Source of the DNA: Lama glama
Lineage: Eukaryota
Direction of reading: 5' to 3'
NCBI GenBank assembly: GCA_028534125.1
Contig: CM052818.1
Span: forward strand, 36,892,001-36,956,000
Length of the DNA: 64,000 nt
Shown one piece after another: positions 12,501-26,939 of the stretch. A program made the position numbers and the translations under genes. Each line of letters starts with the position of its first letter. Position 1 is the stretch's first letter. A model generated the notes under the pieces. The model saw nothing but the letters and a program-made list of their open reading frames with translations. It searched no databases and was not told where the DNA came from.

Positions 12501-13459
12501 GAAGGGAAATAGTTTGGAAAGGAACTAGCCAGAGTCTACTGCACTCTCCTTTGCTTCTTTCTAGCAGGTGAAACTAACCCATGCTAAGAGGGTTTTCATA
12601 CTTGGGCCACTTTCTCAGTCCATCATCTTTTTCACAGGGAAGCTGACCTTCAAGCTCATCCTTCCCCAAATCATCTTCAGATTTCGCCAGACAAAGGCAT
12701 AAAAATAGCTTGAGGGCAGAGACAGCCACAAACCTGAATTCCTGAGATCCCAGCATGGTGTGGGGCACATGGTAAACAGCTATTGAGTGATGATTAGCTG
12801 ACTGAATGATTTTAGGTGAACCTAAGCTTCTTGTCATCTGACTTTGACGTATATTCATTTTAGAAGACTCGTCTCTTTACCCTTTGCACAAGGCTTCCTG
12901 ATTGTTATCTACAGTTCATCTTTCCCAGGGAGATGGTTCAATTAAGACAACTCAAAATGAGTCCATGATTCAAAGGTACAGCTGACTGCACTCTGATTAA
13001 CTTCCTATTCATCAGTCACAGAGACATATGATGGGAATTACCAGGGCAAGCAGAAGAGAGGGCAGGCGGGTTAGTGGGGAAGGGAGATAGAGCAGGCTGG
13101 GGGATCGCAGTTTGGGGGTACAAAGAAGATGAGGAAAGTGTTGGTGGGGGCGGGGGGCCCGAGACGAGGAGAAGCCTGGAAGACAGCATGAGATTGCACA
13201 CATTCTTCTAGGAAATGTAATTTGAAGCCTCGCTTTAGAGCATCTGACTCCAAAGTTAAATTGAACTTTCTTATGATGTGAAAAGTAATATAAATGTTAG
13301 ATGGCAGAAAAGCCTGATGACTCCGAGGCTCCACTGAAGGCATTTTTGAGATCTGGAAGTCCAGCCTCCCCTCAGCAACGTGATCCCAGTACTTGCCTGA
13401 ATGCACGAGTGATGGTGCTTCTTGGCCAGGGAGGATGCTGCTCCCCCTGTCACGGTTAT

Positions 13460-14950
13460 AATTGTAGGACAGACCTCACACCTGCATTGTGGTTTCATTA
13501 TTAAGGGTATACTGAAAACTCTCAACCCCATACCCAAGCCCAGAATCCTTACCTTGTGCCAGATCCCTCCATCCCAATGTCTGTCGAACGTCTCACCTGA
13601 ATGGCTCATGAGCAGCTCCACGAGAACAGGGGAGAAGCTGAGCCCTTCCTCTCCCCTTTCCTGTTTGCTCCTCCACTGTGGTTCCTAGCTCAAGGGACCA
13701 CTATCTACACAGTCTCCAGAAATGCGGACATCCTCTGTGACCGACCCCCTGCTCTTTCTCACCTGTTACATTCAATTGTCCACGAGATCTTACAATTTTG
13801 CCCTCTTAATCTCTCTCCAACCCCCGCCACTTTCTGACTTTAGGCTACTGGGACGTTTGACCTGGATTATGGTACCAGTTTCCTAACTGAGCTCCTGGCC
13901 TCCGGTCTTGCCCGACCCCAATCCAACTTTGGTACAGGTGACAGAGTGACCTTTCCAGAGTGAAATTTGCTTAAATCTTTGGCTCCCCATTGTGTTCAGC
14001 ACAAAGCCTGATCTTCTGAATTGTTGTGTCTGACTGCTGCTTGTTTCTCCATCCTCATCTCTGGCCAGTCTTGCTTTTCACTCTCTGTTCCAGCCATATG
14101 AAAGCTCTAGTCCTTAGAAGACAGCCTGCTCGTATCTCCACACCTCTGCAGTTTCCTCTGCCTGAAACTCTTTATCCCCACCCTGCTCCCATTCACCCAC
14201 AAACATCGACTCATTTCTCACGAGGCAGAGTGGGCACGACTTCCTCACCTTCCAACCTGGGACCCCTCTTCTCGGCTTTCATGACACTGTGCTGTCTCCT
14301 GTGTGGACCTATCATGTTGTACTGCACTGATGTATTTTCCTTTCAGTTTTTCATGACCAGTCGACTCCAGGTTACCGTGATTTCTTTTGCCTGGAATGTT
14401 TTCAAACCTGGCATCATACACCCTACCCAAAGCTGGACTTCTTGCTCCTAGACCTAGCCAGCTCCAGTTGAATCTCTAGAGCATTACTTCTGAAACACAA
14501 GTAAGAATTAGATCCTGTCTCATCTTCAAACTCTTTAGGGTGTTCCCTTTGCCTTTAGTATCGTTAAAAAAAAATTCTTAACCACTTTTTCATCAGCCTT
14601 TATCCATTTGCCTCTCCAGTCTCATCTTCCCTCCCTAAATTCTCATTGTAGTTTCTCTGAGCAACAGCAGCTGTCATGCCCCAGAAGTACCCAGCTTTCT
14701 CTGGTCTCACCTCTAGACCCTTGCACTTGCTGTTCCTTCTGCTGGAAGGTTCCTCTCCTCCACTTCCCCTTTCCTCCTGCAGCGCATAACAGTTTATGCT
14801 CCAATTCGACCTCTTTTCCTCTGTCAAACCTCCCTCTAAGTCCCAAGAGTATCCTGCAGTTCCCTGCCTGGTCACAGTGGGTGGGTGGGAATTGCATCTG
14901 ATTCATTCTTGTATCCCAGGTATCCCAGAGTCTAACACAGTGGCTGGCAT
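13460..14950 (+). mobile_element. L2 LINE fragments
   Basis: cacctgaatggctc..tcctgtttgctcc..tagctcaaggg, cctggattatggtaccagtttcctaactg, cccttgcacttgctgttccttctgctgg, attcattcttgtatccc. Confidence 0.75.
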
Positions 14951-14952
14951 GA

Positions 14953-15490
14953 GAGCTAGCTTCATGGCTGTGTGACCAGGGCAGCTGCAAAAGGCGAAAG
15001 CCCTGTGCTCAACCCCTGCACTTGGGGTTTAATGTTCCGGGCTTGCTGACTTGACATTATCTTTGAACTTGTGTTTTGTAAGTGAAGTCCAGTGGAACAT
15101 GGAAATAGAGCTATGCTGGGGGTCCCGTGCTCCTACCACATCCCCAGGACAGGCTCATAGCTGCTCACTCCTCTGCCTTGACCCAGCAGCTTCCGCCACC
15201 CTCTGTTCCCAGAAGGGACCTGGGCAAGGGTGTGGCACCAACTTACAGCGCGGGACCTGTGATGGACTGGGCTGGCCCAGCGCATATCTGTGAGGCAGGC
15301 CCATTCCAGGAAGGTGCAGGTCTCCTCACGTACAAAACTTTGGCTTAAGGTCTTACAGTAGCCTGTGAGCCCTTGGAAGGTTGCTGCAGTCCAGAGAGGT
15401 GGAGAGAGTGAGGAAGAAGGGAACAGTTTTTCCTGCTTTTGGAACAAGTGGCCCCGTGTTTCCTGGATTTTCATATTGAAACAAGCCCTG
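14953..15490. mobile_element. MER45B/C-like hAT-Tip100 element
   Basis: gcttcatggctgtgtgacc..ggtttaatg..tttgaacttgtgttttgtaagtgaagtcc..gaacaagtggcccc..gccctg. Confidence 0.7.
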
Positions 15491-15789
15491 AAGACTATAG
15501 GTTGTGGAAGACAAACTATCTGCCTGGCATATGGTGATGCTCAGGGATGGCTAGGTCTTAGTCTTCTTAAATACCTCTAATCCGCCCACATCCCTTCCCT
15601 TCAGCTTCCATGACCTTAATCCAGGACCAAGCTGCTCCCTCGGACAGTTTCAACAGCCTCTGGTTGATCCTTGAATCCCAGGTGCCTAGTAGAGGGTTTG
15701 CACAGACAGGACCTCAATACGATGGTATACGATGAATAAATGAATTAATTTAATAAGAATGAAAAATAGTCTTTAAAACAGCATGCTAT

Positions 15790-17690
15790 TTAACAGCAGT
15801 TCTGCAGGTTAGAGGACTTCGGTAAAGTGCCTCCCAGGGACACCGTTGATAAATATCAGTCCTGCACTCTGGCCTCTGCCTGGAGCTGTCCAGAGCCCTG
15901 GGCTGCTCTATCTGTATGGACAGCCACTGCCCAACCCTTCTCCTTCCGAGAGCCCAGCTTCAGGGAGCAGGTGCACAGCTGAGGAACCACAGAGCCTTCA
16001 AATGCTGAAAGCAGTTTCTGAGGCATTCTGAGTGACCAAGGAGGCAGCGTTTATTGCCAGAAACAAAGGCCTATTAGGTCTTCAGTGATTTTCACAGGCC
16101 GTCTCTAGATAGTAACAGCTCTGCTGGAAGAGGAAGCCGTGTGGCCTGAGAGCTTGCACATGATGGTGCAAGGAGGTGAGGAGGTGAGAATGTAGTGCTA
16201 GCTTTTGGTTTTACCCCCTTGCTTCAGTTCACCCGATGGAGTGTTTTCCCTATGGGACTCCAGGAGGTGTTTGCCGTAGTGTATGAGAGAATTGCTCCTG
16301 AAGAAGTCGTGCAACGTCGCCCGCCTGTGTTCTGGCTGGTTTAGTCTCCGCCACTCTGGCTTCACTAATCCTTTAGTGCAGACTCAAAGATCCACTGGGC
16401 TGAATCTGCTTTGCCTTCAAAGACATACCACCCAATCGAGGTTTCCATCTCCATGCGTGCAGAATTTATATCCGCCCATCACTGCGTTGGTCTCATCCTC
16501 TAATGCTTCAGTGGCTCTCACCATTGGGCAGCCGTCAAGAAATTTATAGCTGTGATGTGCATAACAGCACACACCACTGCTGGCACATTCTGCTGATGAA
16601 GTGCAGAGAAGTACATTTAGTGGCCCTTACAATAACATTGGGCCGTTTTATTGGAGCAGGTATATTTTTCTGTGGTTCATGCAGTTTGGAGCAGGGCAAG
16701 ATATATCTGTCAAGTGTTGTTTCAACAGGTGTCATTGCTAGGGAGGGTGAGTACTGTCAGTGTGTGGAAGGTTTTTCAATTGTTCCGTTGGCACCGGTGT
16801 CTCATGGTGAGAGGAGTGAGATCTGCTTCTTGATGACTGTGGCCGCCATAAACCAACAAGGGATAAAGGCATCTGCTGTTCTCCATCCACTTCCTTTACT
16901 AACGGGAGATAGAATTCAGTTGCTGTGGACAGTTTGGAAGTTCTTTCCAAGGTCTTTATGGGATCCACCACTGAATTCACACTAAGGTTGTATTTCCTGA
17001 AGGCTGTTTCTAAACAATGACTAAGCATAGCACGGGTGCTAAGGCAGGCCCATTTCAGCAGGATGCAGGCCTGCTCCGAAAGATGAATTTGGCTTGAGTA
17101 TTTCCGGTGGCCTTGCAGAATCTTTCTTGAAACTGTGCTGCTGTCCAAGATGCTTCCTTCAGAGTCCTCTTTCCTTCCTGCTGTCCTTTTAGAAATGTCA
17201 GATCTGCACCGTAATCTGAAGATGGTCCCTTTATTCCCCTGCTCCCTTCTCCAGCCAGTCTTTTGCATGTCTACTCCTGTTTTGACTTCTCAGGGACCTA
17301 AATGAATGCAGTCCCTTCCCCCATCAAGCCATCCTCAGGTATAAGTAAACTTGCAGTCTCTGTATTTCAGGATAATGGAGGGGGTGGGGATCAAGCTGTT
17401 CTATTCAAGAAGTGGAGGAGATACAGTTGGGGAAGGGACGCTGGAAAGGGGTCTGGGGTTTGGGCATCTTTGAAAATTTTGGAAACTGACATTGCCTCAC
17501 ATGCAGGGTGCAGAGAAAGGAGGGTACAGAAGCCTTGATAGCAGTGGTGGAGGTTTCATGCCCATCTTGCATTCAGTTAGTAACACCACCACAAGGAGTA
17601 ACTCTGAGCCCACAGAGGTAGTGGTGATTGAGAATAGTAAAGACCAGATTCATAGTCAATGACCAAAGCGTTCTCCATTTTCCAATAAAA
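15790..17690 (-). pseudogene. Fossil PKD-repeat exon, middle part
   Basis: LCGLRV, FTYT*GWLDG, TGN..KFI-FGAG, SHCLETAF(R/G)KYNLSV, KTFHT..LTLPSND, SSGV-VMHITAINFLTAAQ, KF-ARMEM(E/G)TSIGW (PKD1 FTARVQRGSRVAY), GLVKPEWRRLN (PKD1 GLLEIQVRAFN), LLQEQF. Confidence 0.7.
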
Positions 17691-20600
17691 ATAAAAAATA
17701 TGATGAGTGAAAATTTGTGGGATGCATCTAAAATAGTACTTAGAAATTTATCGCACTAAGTGCCTATGTTAGAAAGATGAAAGGTCTCAAACTGATGATT
17801 AACTGAGACTTGTCAAATTATGGCAGATGAGCAAAACTGAACCTGCTGCCTGTTTTTATAAACAAAGTTTTATTGAAACACAGCCATGTTCATTCATTTA
17901 CATATTGTCTATGGCTTCTTTCATGCTACAACAATAGAGTTGATTAGTTGCAACAGGGATCATATGAATCTCAAAACCTAAGATGATTATTCTCTGATCC
18001 TTTATGGAAAACTTTTGCTGACCCTTGACCTAAGCTTCCACTTTAGAAACTAGAAAAAGAAGGCATGAAACACAAAGTAAGCATGAAAAAGGAAATAATA
18101 AAGCCAAGACCAGAAATCAGTGAAATAGAAAAAACAAAAACAGTAAGAATAAGCAATGAAATTAAAATACAGTCCCTTGAGAAGATCAATAAAATTGATA
18201 AACCCAAGCAATACAGAACAGGGAAAAAAAGAAAAGATACAAATTGCCAATATCAGAAATAAGAGAGGGAACAGCACTAAAGATTCTACAAACATGAAAA
18301 TATAATACAGGAATATTAGAAACAATTTTATGACCATGAGTTTGATAATTTCAATAAAATGGATAGACTACTCAAAAGACACAAACTACCAGACTGTATT
18401 CTAAAAGAAATAGATAATCTGAAAAGCTCTATGTCTAGTAAAGGAATTGAATTTGTAGGTAAAAGACATTCCCATAAATAAACTCTAGGTTCAAATGACT
18501 TCACTGGTGAATTCTAGAAATACTTAAAGGGAAAAAAAGATACCAATTCTGCATGCTCTTCCAGAAAATCAGAGAATGAAATTTAAAGAACCAACTCATT
18601 CTATGAGGCCAGAATTACTCTGATACTGAACTGAGGGATAGATATTATAAGAAAAGAAATTGGCAGACCAACGTCCCTTATAAAAATAGATAAACATTTT
18701 GAGTTTTAGCTAATTAGGTTCAACACTACATAAAAAGAATAATGTATCATGACCAAGTGGGGTTAAACCCCAAAATGCAAAATAGGTTCAAATTTGAAAA
18801 CTCAGTCAATGTCATTTACCATATTAGCAGACTACAAAAACCTCCTCTGCTCACCTCAACTGATGCAGCAAAAGCATATGACATGTGATAAAAACTTACA
18901 GCAAACTAGAGATAGAAGTAGATTTTCTTAACCTGATGGAGTGAACCTATGAATAATTTATAGCAAGTAGTATACTTAATTCTGAAAGAATTAATGCTTT
19001 CCACTTAAGATCAGAAAGAAAGTACAAATGTCTGCTCTCCCCAGTTCCATTCAACATTGTACTAGAGAAACTAGCAATTGCCTTAATGCAAGAAATAAAA
19101 AACATCCAAACTGGAGACGAATATACTTTCTTTGTAAATGACATGATCATCCAGGTAAAAAACCCTAAGGAATTTACAACAAAGCCCTTATAAAACTAAT
19201 AAACTTAGAAAAATTTAGAAAAATTACAGGATGTAAGATTGACACAAAAATCAATTGTATGTATTCCAACCATTACTATATGCAACAATGAGCAATCAGA
19301 GAATGAAAAATTTAAAAACGACTGTATTAAAAATAGTGTAAGTGTGAAATACATAGGGATAAATTTGACAAAAATCATGCCAGCTGTACCCTGGAAACTA
19401 AAGAGCTTTGCTGAGAGCCTTAAAGAAAACACAAATAACTGGAGATGTAAACTATTTTCATGATGTAAAGATATAATAGTGTCAAGAAGTCAGTTCTCTC
19501 CAAATTGATGTATAAATTCCAGTGAATTTCAATTAGACTCTAGCAGTCTTCTTTTTCTATAAATTTGTAAGCAGATTCTAAAGTTTCTATAGGAATACAT
19601 AGGATCCAGAATAACTAAAACAACTTTGAAAAAGAAGAACAGAGTTTGATTTCAAGGCTGATTATAAAACTACAGTAATTAAGGAACTGTATTATGGACA
19701 TACATATATGCTGGTAGATTAATCAAACAGAATTGAGACGGAAGAAACAGAGGTGCATATATTTGGCCAACTGATTTTCTATAAAGCTTAATATCATTTA
19801 ATGGTAAAATGACTTTTCTTCAACCAACTGTGCTGGAAGAATCACAATATGCAGAAAAATGGATCTTGACACTTAGCTCATACCATATAGAAAAATTAAC
19901 TTGAAATAGATCATAGACCTAAGTGCAAGAGCTAAATTACAAAACTGTTAGGAGAAAACATAGGAGAAAATCTTAGTGCATTTGGGCTTGGCAAAGATGT
20001 TTTAAATATGTCCAAAAAAACCCAGATTATAAACAGAAAAATTCAATAATGAAAAATCATCAAAGTTAAAAACGTTAATTCTTTAAAGTAAAAGGCAAGC
20101 CATAGACTGTAAGAAAATATTTGCAAAACATGTATCTTACAAAGGACTGTTTATAAAGAATGTATAAAAACTCATCTGACAAAATTGTAAAAGATAAATA
20201 ACCCAATTTAAAAAAGGGGCAAAACCTTGCACATAGTCTTCACCAAAGAAGATATATGGATGACAAATAAGTACATGGAAAGATGTTCAACATCTTTGGT
20301 CATTAGGAAAATGCAAGTAGAACCACATGACATATCACAACACACACACTATAATGGCTAAAAATAAAAAAGACTGACTACTAATTGTTGGAAAAGATGT
20401 GGAGCAACTGGAATTCTCATAAACTGTTGGTAAGAATGTAAACTAGTACAATCGTTTTGGGAAAATTTGGCAGTTTGTTGGTAAGTTAAGTGTACACCTA
20501 TTATGCAATCCAGTCATTCTACTCCTAGGTATTTACTCAAGAGAAAAGAAAGCATGTATCTAACACAAAGACTTATAAGAAAAGTCTATAGAAGCTTTAT

Positions 20601-21060
20601 GTAGTATAGCTCAAACTTAGAAACAGGCCAAATGTCCACTGCCAGATGAAAAACTAAATTGTGGTACATCCACATAGTAGACTGCTTATCAGCTGCTATT
20701 AGCTCTAAAAAAGAATAAGCTACTGGTACATGCAACAATATGAATGAATCTCAAAATAATTCTCCAGAGTGAAAGAATCAAGACAGAATGGATACATGCT
20801 ATTTGTTCCCATGTATATCAAGTTCTAGAAAATGCAAGCTACTTTACAGTGATAGAAAGAAGATCTGTAGAAAACTTGAGATGGGGAGAGGGTAAGGCAA
20901 GCCTAGATTATAAAAAGATATGAAGAAACTTTTGGAGATGATAGTTATGCTCATTATCTTGATTTTGGTACTGGTTTCCCATGTGTACACATATGGCAAA
21001 AGTTATCAAATTGTATGCTTTAAATATGTCCTGCTTATTGTTGCTTGATTATATCATTGA
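17690..21060 (+). mobile_element. L1 (L1MC/MD-type) ORF2 plus 3' UTR
   Basis: A-rich L1 ORF2 (EKINKIDKP, VKYIGINLTK) through 3' UTR ending tgctttaaatatgtc..ttatatc. Confidence 0.9.
17803..18028 (+). mobile_element. MER58A hAT-Charlie element nested in L1
   Basis: gcctgtttttataaacaaagttttattgaaacacagccatg..tattgtctatggc..tttgctgacccttg. Confidence 0.85.
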
Positions 21061-21074
21061 TTACTATTTGTAGA

Positions 21075-23990
21075 CTGAAAACAGAAATATCTGAACCAAA
21101 ATTGAGAAAACTAAAGACAGAAATAGACAAATCAACAGTCATAAATTGAGATTTTAACATCTATAACTTAGTCATTGAGAGAACAAACAGAGAAAAAGTC
21201 AGTAGGAAATAGGATGCTTGAACAGCATCATTCAAACTGACCTATTTGACAGTCATAGAAAAATCCCTCCATATTCTTTAAGTGTACATAGGATATTTAC
21301 TAAGACAGATCAGATTCTGGACCACAAAACAAGACTCAGTAAATTTCAAATGGTTGGAATTAGATATATAGGAAATACCCGATTTTTTGGAAATAAAACT
21401 GCACTTGTAAATAACCAAGGAGTCAAAGGAGAAATCACAAGAAAAATAAGCAAATATCTCAAACAAAATCACCAAGGAAATATAACCTAACAAAATAAGT
21501 GAGATTATGCTAAGCTAGTTCTTTAAGGAAAATTTGAAATTTTAAAGCTTATATTAGAAATAAAGAAATGTTTCATTATTGAATTATTTAAACTTCCACC
21601 TAAAGAAGCCAGAAAGTGAAGACCAAATTTAAGTCAAACTAAGAAGAATCTAGGAGATAAAAGTGGAAATCAACAAAATAAAAGCCAAATAATAAAGACA
21701 ATCCAAAGAGCTAAAACCTGACAAGAATATAAGAAAAGAAAATTACAGAGCAATATCCTTATATACAAGAACACAGATGTCATCAGCAAGTTACCAGTGA
21801 ATCAAATCTAACAATACGTATGAAGGGCCAATTGTGGTTTCTTCCAAGAATGCAAAATTTCTTTAACATTAGAAAATCAACCAATGTTGGTCACCATGTC
21901 ATCAGAGTAAAAGATCCTCACATAATCATCTCAGTATCTGTGGAAAATCAACATTCATTCATGATAAAAACTATTGACAAACTAGAATGGAATCGAATTT
22001 TATCAGTTTGATAAAGGGAATCTATGGAAAACCTACAACAAACATCCCACACAAAACATTACATATCATATAGTGAAACATTAAATGCTACCTTTCCTCC
22101 AAGAAACAAGTCAAGGATATCTACCCTCAAAATTTCTAGTCTACATTACACCAGAGGTCTTAGCCAGTGTAATAAGGTAAGAAAACAATAGAAAGACTAG
22201 AAAAGAAGAAGTAAAACTGTCTTTCTTTCTAGATTGTATGACAATGTACGTAAAAAATCCTGAGAAATCTATATATATATATTAAAAAAAACTTACTAGA
22301 GCAAATAAGTGAATTTGGCAATTCTACAGATCAAAGTTCAATATACGAAAATTGGTTGCACTTATATGTTTTAGCAACAATGAAAAATGGAATGGAATAA
22401 AAATATCATTTACATATAATTAAATTAAAAACATAAAATACATGGGAATATATTTAACATAAGATGTGCTAGCTCTTTATACTACTATAAAATATGAAAC
22501 AGAAATTAAGGAAAATCTAATAGACGGGGAGATATGTCATTTAATACATTGGAAAACTCACTATTATTAAGATGTTCATTTTCCCTGAATTGGACTATAG
22601 ATTCAACATAATCCCCAACAAAATCGCCCCAGGCTTTCTCTTTTTAAGAAATTGAGAGGCTAATTCTAAAAATAATAAGGAAATACTAAGAACCTCGAAT
22701 AGACAAAACTTTATGAATAAAAGAAGAAAGTTAGACAATACCTATCTGATTTCAAGGCTTTTTGTAAAAGTATGGTGATCAAAGCCAATTTTTTTTAAGG
22801 TACACAGATGGATCAGTGGTACAGATATGAAAATACCAAAACAAATCCACACAGATACAATCAACTTATTTTCAACAATAATGACAGTGTGATTTAATGG
22901 GGAGTGGGAATATTTTTAATAAATAATGTTGGGACAACTGGATAGCTATACATCAAAAACTCCCTAAACCTTAAACCCTAATTTATAGTACACACGAAAA
23001 ATTATTCAAGATATGTACACACTTAAACATACAAGGTAAAATTATAGGGCTCCTAGAAGAAAATATTGGAAAATATCTTTTTGACCACAGTAAGCAAAAT
23101 TTGTTTAAAGGACATTAAAAGGCACTACCTGTAAGAGAGGAAAAATTGATCAGTTGGACTTCATTAAAGTGAAAAACATTTGCTCTTCAAAAGACACTCT
23201 TCAGGAAGTTCAAAGACAAGTTGCAAGCTCGGTGAAAATATTTGCAAGAACCATTTTGAACAGACCCTTTCCAGAGAAAGATATATGAAATGCTAACAAC
23301 ACATAAAGAAAGCACCCAGCACCATCAATAATTGGATAAACATGCCTTAAAACCACAAAAAGATACCACCTTACACCCACTTAGATGGTTAAAATTAAAA
23401 ACTCTTACAGTGTTGGAGAGGATGCAGAACATCTGGCACTCGGTGGTAAAATCTGATCACTTTGAAAACTGTTAGGTGATTTATTATGGAGTTATATATG
23501 CAACTACATTATAGCCCAGCTAATCTGTTAGATATTTACCCAAGAGGAGTGACAGTATACTGTGCAAGACTGTGTATAGTAGCTTTATTTATAATCAGCA
23601 AAAGCTGGAAACGACTCAAATATCTATCAACAGAAGAATGTATAAGGCACACTGTAGTATAGCCGTAGAATATTACTCAGCAATAAACTGTAAGCTCCTG
23701 ATATGTGCAACAAGATGGGTGACTCTTAAAAACATCTTGAGTGAAAGACACCGAACACATACGACTCCATTTACATAAAGTTCTAGAACAGATGGAAATC
23801 AGAACAGTGGTTGCCTCTGGGGTCTGGAGAATCGACTGAAAGAGGCATGAGGGTACTTTCTAGGGGTGAAGGAAATGTTACACATTTTTTGGTTGGAGTA
23901 GTGATTACATGGGTTTATACATTTCTCAAAATTAGAGTGTATACTTAAGATTTATGCATTTTATTCCATATATATTATACCTCGATTAAA
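21075..23990 (+). mobile_element. Second old L1 (L1MC/ME-type), endonuclease region to 3' end, with deletions
   Basis: FTKTDQILDHKTRLSKF, MQNFFNIRKS; 3' end ttaagatttatgcatttta..tacctcgattaaaa. Confidence 0.85.
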
Positions 23991-23999
23991 AACAGAGTA

Positions 24000-25330
24000 T
24001 GGGAGAAATAAATGAATAAAACTGCTTCTCCCTGTCTCCCTTGACTGCCTCTACCTTCAGAGATAACCACCATTAACCATCTATCTCGTATTGTTTATTT
24101 CTTTCATAGCACGTCTCCAATTTGTACCGTATAGACGTGTATGTATACATAAGTATATGTACATACAAAATTATTTAGCTTCCATTTAAACGTAGGTTCA
24201 GTGCGCATTATAGGTCTTTTTACCACCACTTCTCCATTCATTCTTGAATGGCTAGATTTTGTCATCGAATTTTTTCTCCTAGGGGATTACCGGGTGCTGT
24301 ATTTCCTGAGTTCTTATGAATCTGTGAATGCCTGTCTGACACCTTTACACTCGAACAACATTTTGTTGGGCCTACAATTTTTGGATCACACTTTCTTCCT
24401 TCAGAAACTCACATATGCTGTTCCCTTTTCCCCCTGTATTTTAATGTTGCTATAAAGAAACTTGAGGCTAGCCTTATTTATCGGCCTTTTAAGTACATTT
24501 CTTTTGGTTTCCTCTTTTCAAATGCCTAAGGAATTCTCTCAGTTTTTTTTTTTTTTAATGTTCAGTAATTTACTAGGATTGATCTTGGTAGTGCTCATTC
24601 TGTCTCAAATTTCCTGCAACATGGTCCACTTGGAATGTTCTTTTAATTACGGAGATTTAGTTCTTCATTCATTTAAGGGAAGTTTTTTTTCCTATTATGT
24701 CTTTCATTTATTTTGTGCCACTTGTTGTGTCTCTACTTCAGGGATACCAGTCATCCTTTGATCTATTGTCATCATTGGAAGATATCTATTATCTTGCAAT
24801 TATTTTAATGCATTTATCCTAAGTACACAGGCGCCAGCACTCTGCCTGTCTCCCATGTTGTGAGCTCTATGGTCTCTGATAGGAGGCCTTGCAGACAATC
24901 TAGAATGATAGGATCCTACTCAGGCATCACCGTTTCTGCAGCGGGACCTCTGCCCCCTGCCCCAGGGAACCATCTCAAGCTCCAAGAGCAGACACCCAGC
25001 AGCAACAGCCTCACCGTGGGGTTGGTCGGATTTTCTTTGTCCCTCAGCCCTTCATTTCAGTTCCCCTTTCCCATAAGTTCTGTCCTCTTTCATGCCAACT
25101 CAGGCCTCAGAACAGGATCTGTTTTGACCACCAAGCTCCTCTCTCTCAGGCTGCACTTCCAACTCCTTTGGTCCCAAATCCTTCCCTGGGTTTGCAGACC
25201 TCAGACTAAGCTGTGGGGAACTGAGGGATTTTCCTGGACCTGCTGGCGACTGGGTGGTCAGACTTACTCATCCTCCCGATTCTTTGCAGCTGATGGGTCT
25301 CACATCCCCATGTCTTAACCCCCATGGCCC
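24000..25330 (-). mobile_element. Ancient L1ME/HAL1-like fragments
   Basis: T-rich antisense ORF1-like sequence (aatttttggatcacactttcttcc..cttcagggataccag). Confidence 0.5.
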
Positions 25331-25339
25331 TAATTCATG

Positions 25340-26857
25340 CAATGCACCTGTCCTTGTCATCTGGGGAGGGGGCTGCAGGAGTGTTTGCACTGTTCCCTAC
25401 CTACCCACTGACCTTGGCACCTACTTTGAAGGGCATCTGGTTCCTCACTCATCAGGGTTTTTCGTCTCAGGCAGTTGATGCTGTGCACGAGAGTCCTCTC
25501 ACTCTCAAATGAGCTGTCAGTTTCTAGTTTATTGGAAACATCTAATATTTGTGGGAAACTTGATAAAGTATTAAGTTGGGGGAGAAAACATCCACAGACA
25601 GAGAGCTTTTCTGTTAAGGTGTAATTGCTTTTTATCACCTTTCTGGAAAAAGTGCTCGTTAGCTTAGCTACTTGAATTGCACTTTTCCCCTCTTTGATTT
25701 ATTTTAAGGATCATCGAGATTTTAAAATCTCTCTCACAATTGTTATTTCCAGCGTTGGTGTTCTGCACCCACAGGTAGTAAGATGGGTGGGCTTGCAAAG
25801 TCCTGTTTCTTTCCCTCCTCGCGTGGAAACGCTGTCTCTTGCATCACTGGCTTCTTGTGCTCACAGCAAACTTTTTCTTTCTGATTACACTCAGCCCCCT
25901 CAGGAAGTGAGGTGTTTACCTGCCCATCTCTTCATCCACTTAGATGGTGATGTTCTTGCCGGCACGCAGAATTATGTGAGGCCCAGCAGAGGCCCTAGTG
26001 TTTGCTGAACGTTCGGTGGCTTTCTAATCATCAGCGGGGAAAGGACTTTTTGAAATGCTTGTGCTGCCGCGGACTGGTTATTGCAACCCAACTCCTGGTT
26101 TTCTCCTTTACAAATAATGCTTTGTTTCTGATCAGTGGTTTTAAAACATAAAAATCCCAGCCAGCGTGGTCAGTCAATCTGACCTTCAAACTGAATATTT
26201 CCTCATTTATATGGTTGACTTGTTTGAAACACAATACAAAAGGGAATGGAATGATGATTTTTAAGTAAGGTTCTACTGACCTCAATTTGAATAATTCTTT
26301 CAGCCCATTGGATGACGGAGCCTGGATATTAAGTGTCACTCAAAGGTAACTTGCAAAACAGATAGATTACTATTGCTGGTAAACCATAACTTTTCATTCT
26401 TAAGCTATGTTGCTTTTAAATTCTTAACCCCAATGTCATAGCAGTGCATTACACTGAATAATAATTCTATTTCTCATAGGACGTCACCAATTTTTTGTCT
26501 GACCTTTAAAAGGAGCAGCTTTTTAATTTTAACCCAGGTATTTCCTTTTGAACTTTAAGGAAGAGTTTCTCTTAAGACCTTGACAAAGAGACATCTCTGC
26601 TTGAGCCAAAGGTTGTTCACTATTTACTAGAGTGGACCTCATCTTGGGTATTAATGAAGTGCAGACTAATGGGAACAAATTGATCTCTTCATAATTTGTC
26701 AAGTGAAGTACGGCTAGCTGAAAATTTCATTATCAGCACTGTTCTAGGGGAACTGTAAAAAAAAGTTAGCAAGAGTCAGTTTCATAGAGTTCCCTTTCAG
26801 GGTGAGGAGGATTCCTGGTTGTCATTCGTCGAAGAATCTGCTGTGGTTTCTACGAGG
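25340..26857 (-). pseudogene. Fossil PKD-repeat exon, 5' part
   Basis: Candidate acceptors at 26858 and 26753; LFLKVQKEIPGLKL (26565-26524), PGSVIQW, VNHINE(E/G)IFSLKVR...YVLKPL, AGKNITI..G.HLTS*. Confidence 0.65.
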
Positions 26858-26939
26858 CTGTAGCAAATAAAAAAGTGATTTGTGAAGTTCCTCTCAACTC
26901 CCTTTGAAATGAGGGAGAGCCTCATTCCATTTTCTGAAA

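Noticed and set aside
16450..16740. Endogenous bornavirus N-like element (MTPVETTLDRY, AVMGGY)
   Set aside because: Only two short coincidental motifs; the PKD-repeat explanation is better.
16200..17270. Endogenous parvovirus Rep/NS1 (SAR..GWYVFEG.....QWIFE like AAV GWLVDKG.....QWIQE; YILP; QGGK)
   Set aside because: No Walker A motif, spacing inconsistent, and the same bases fit repeated PKD-domain motifs that are collinear with flanking PKD1-like segments.
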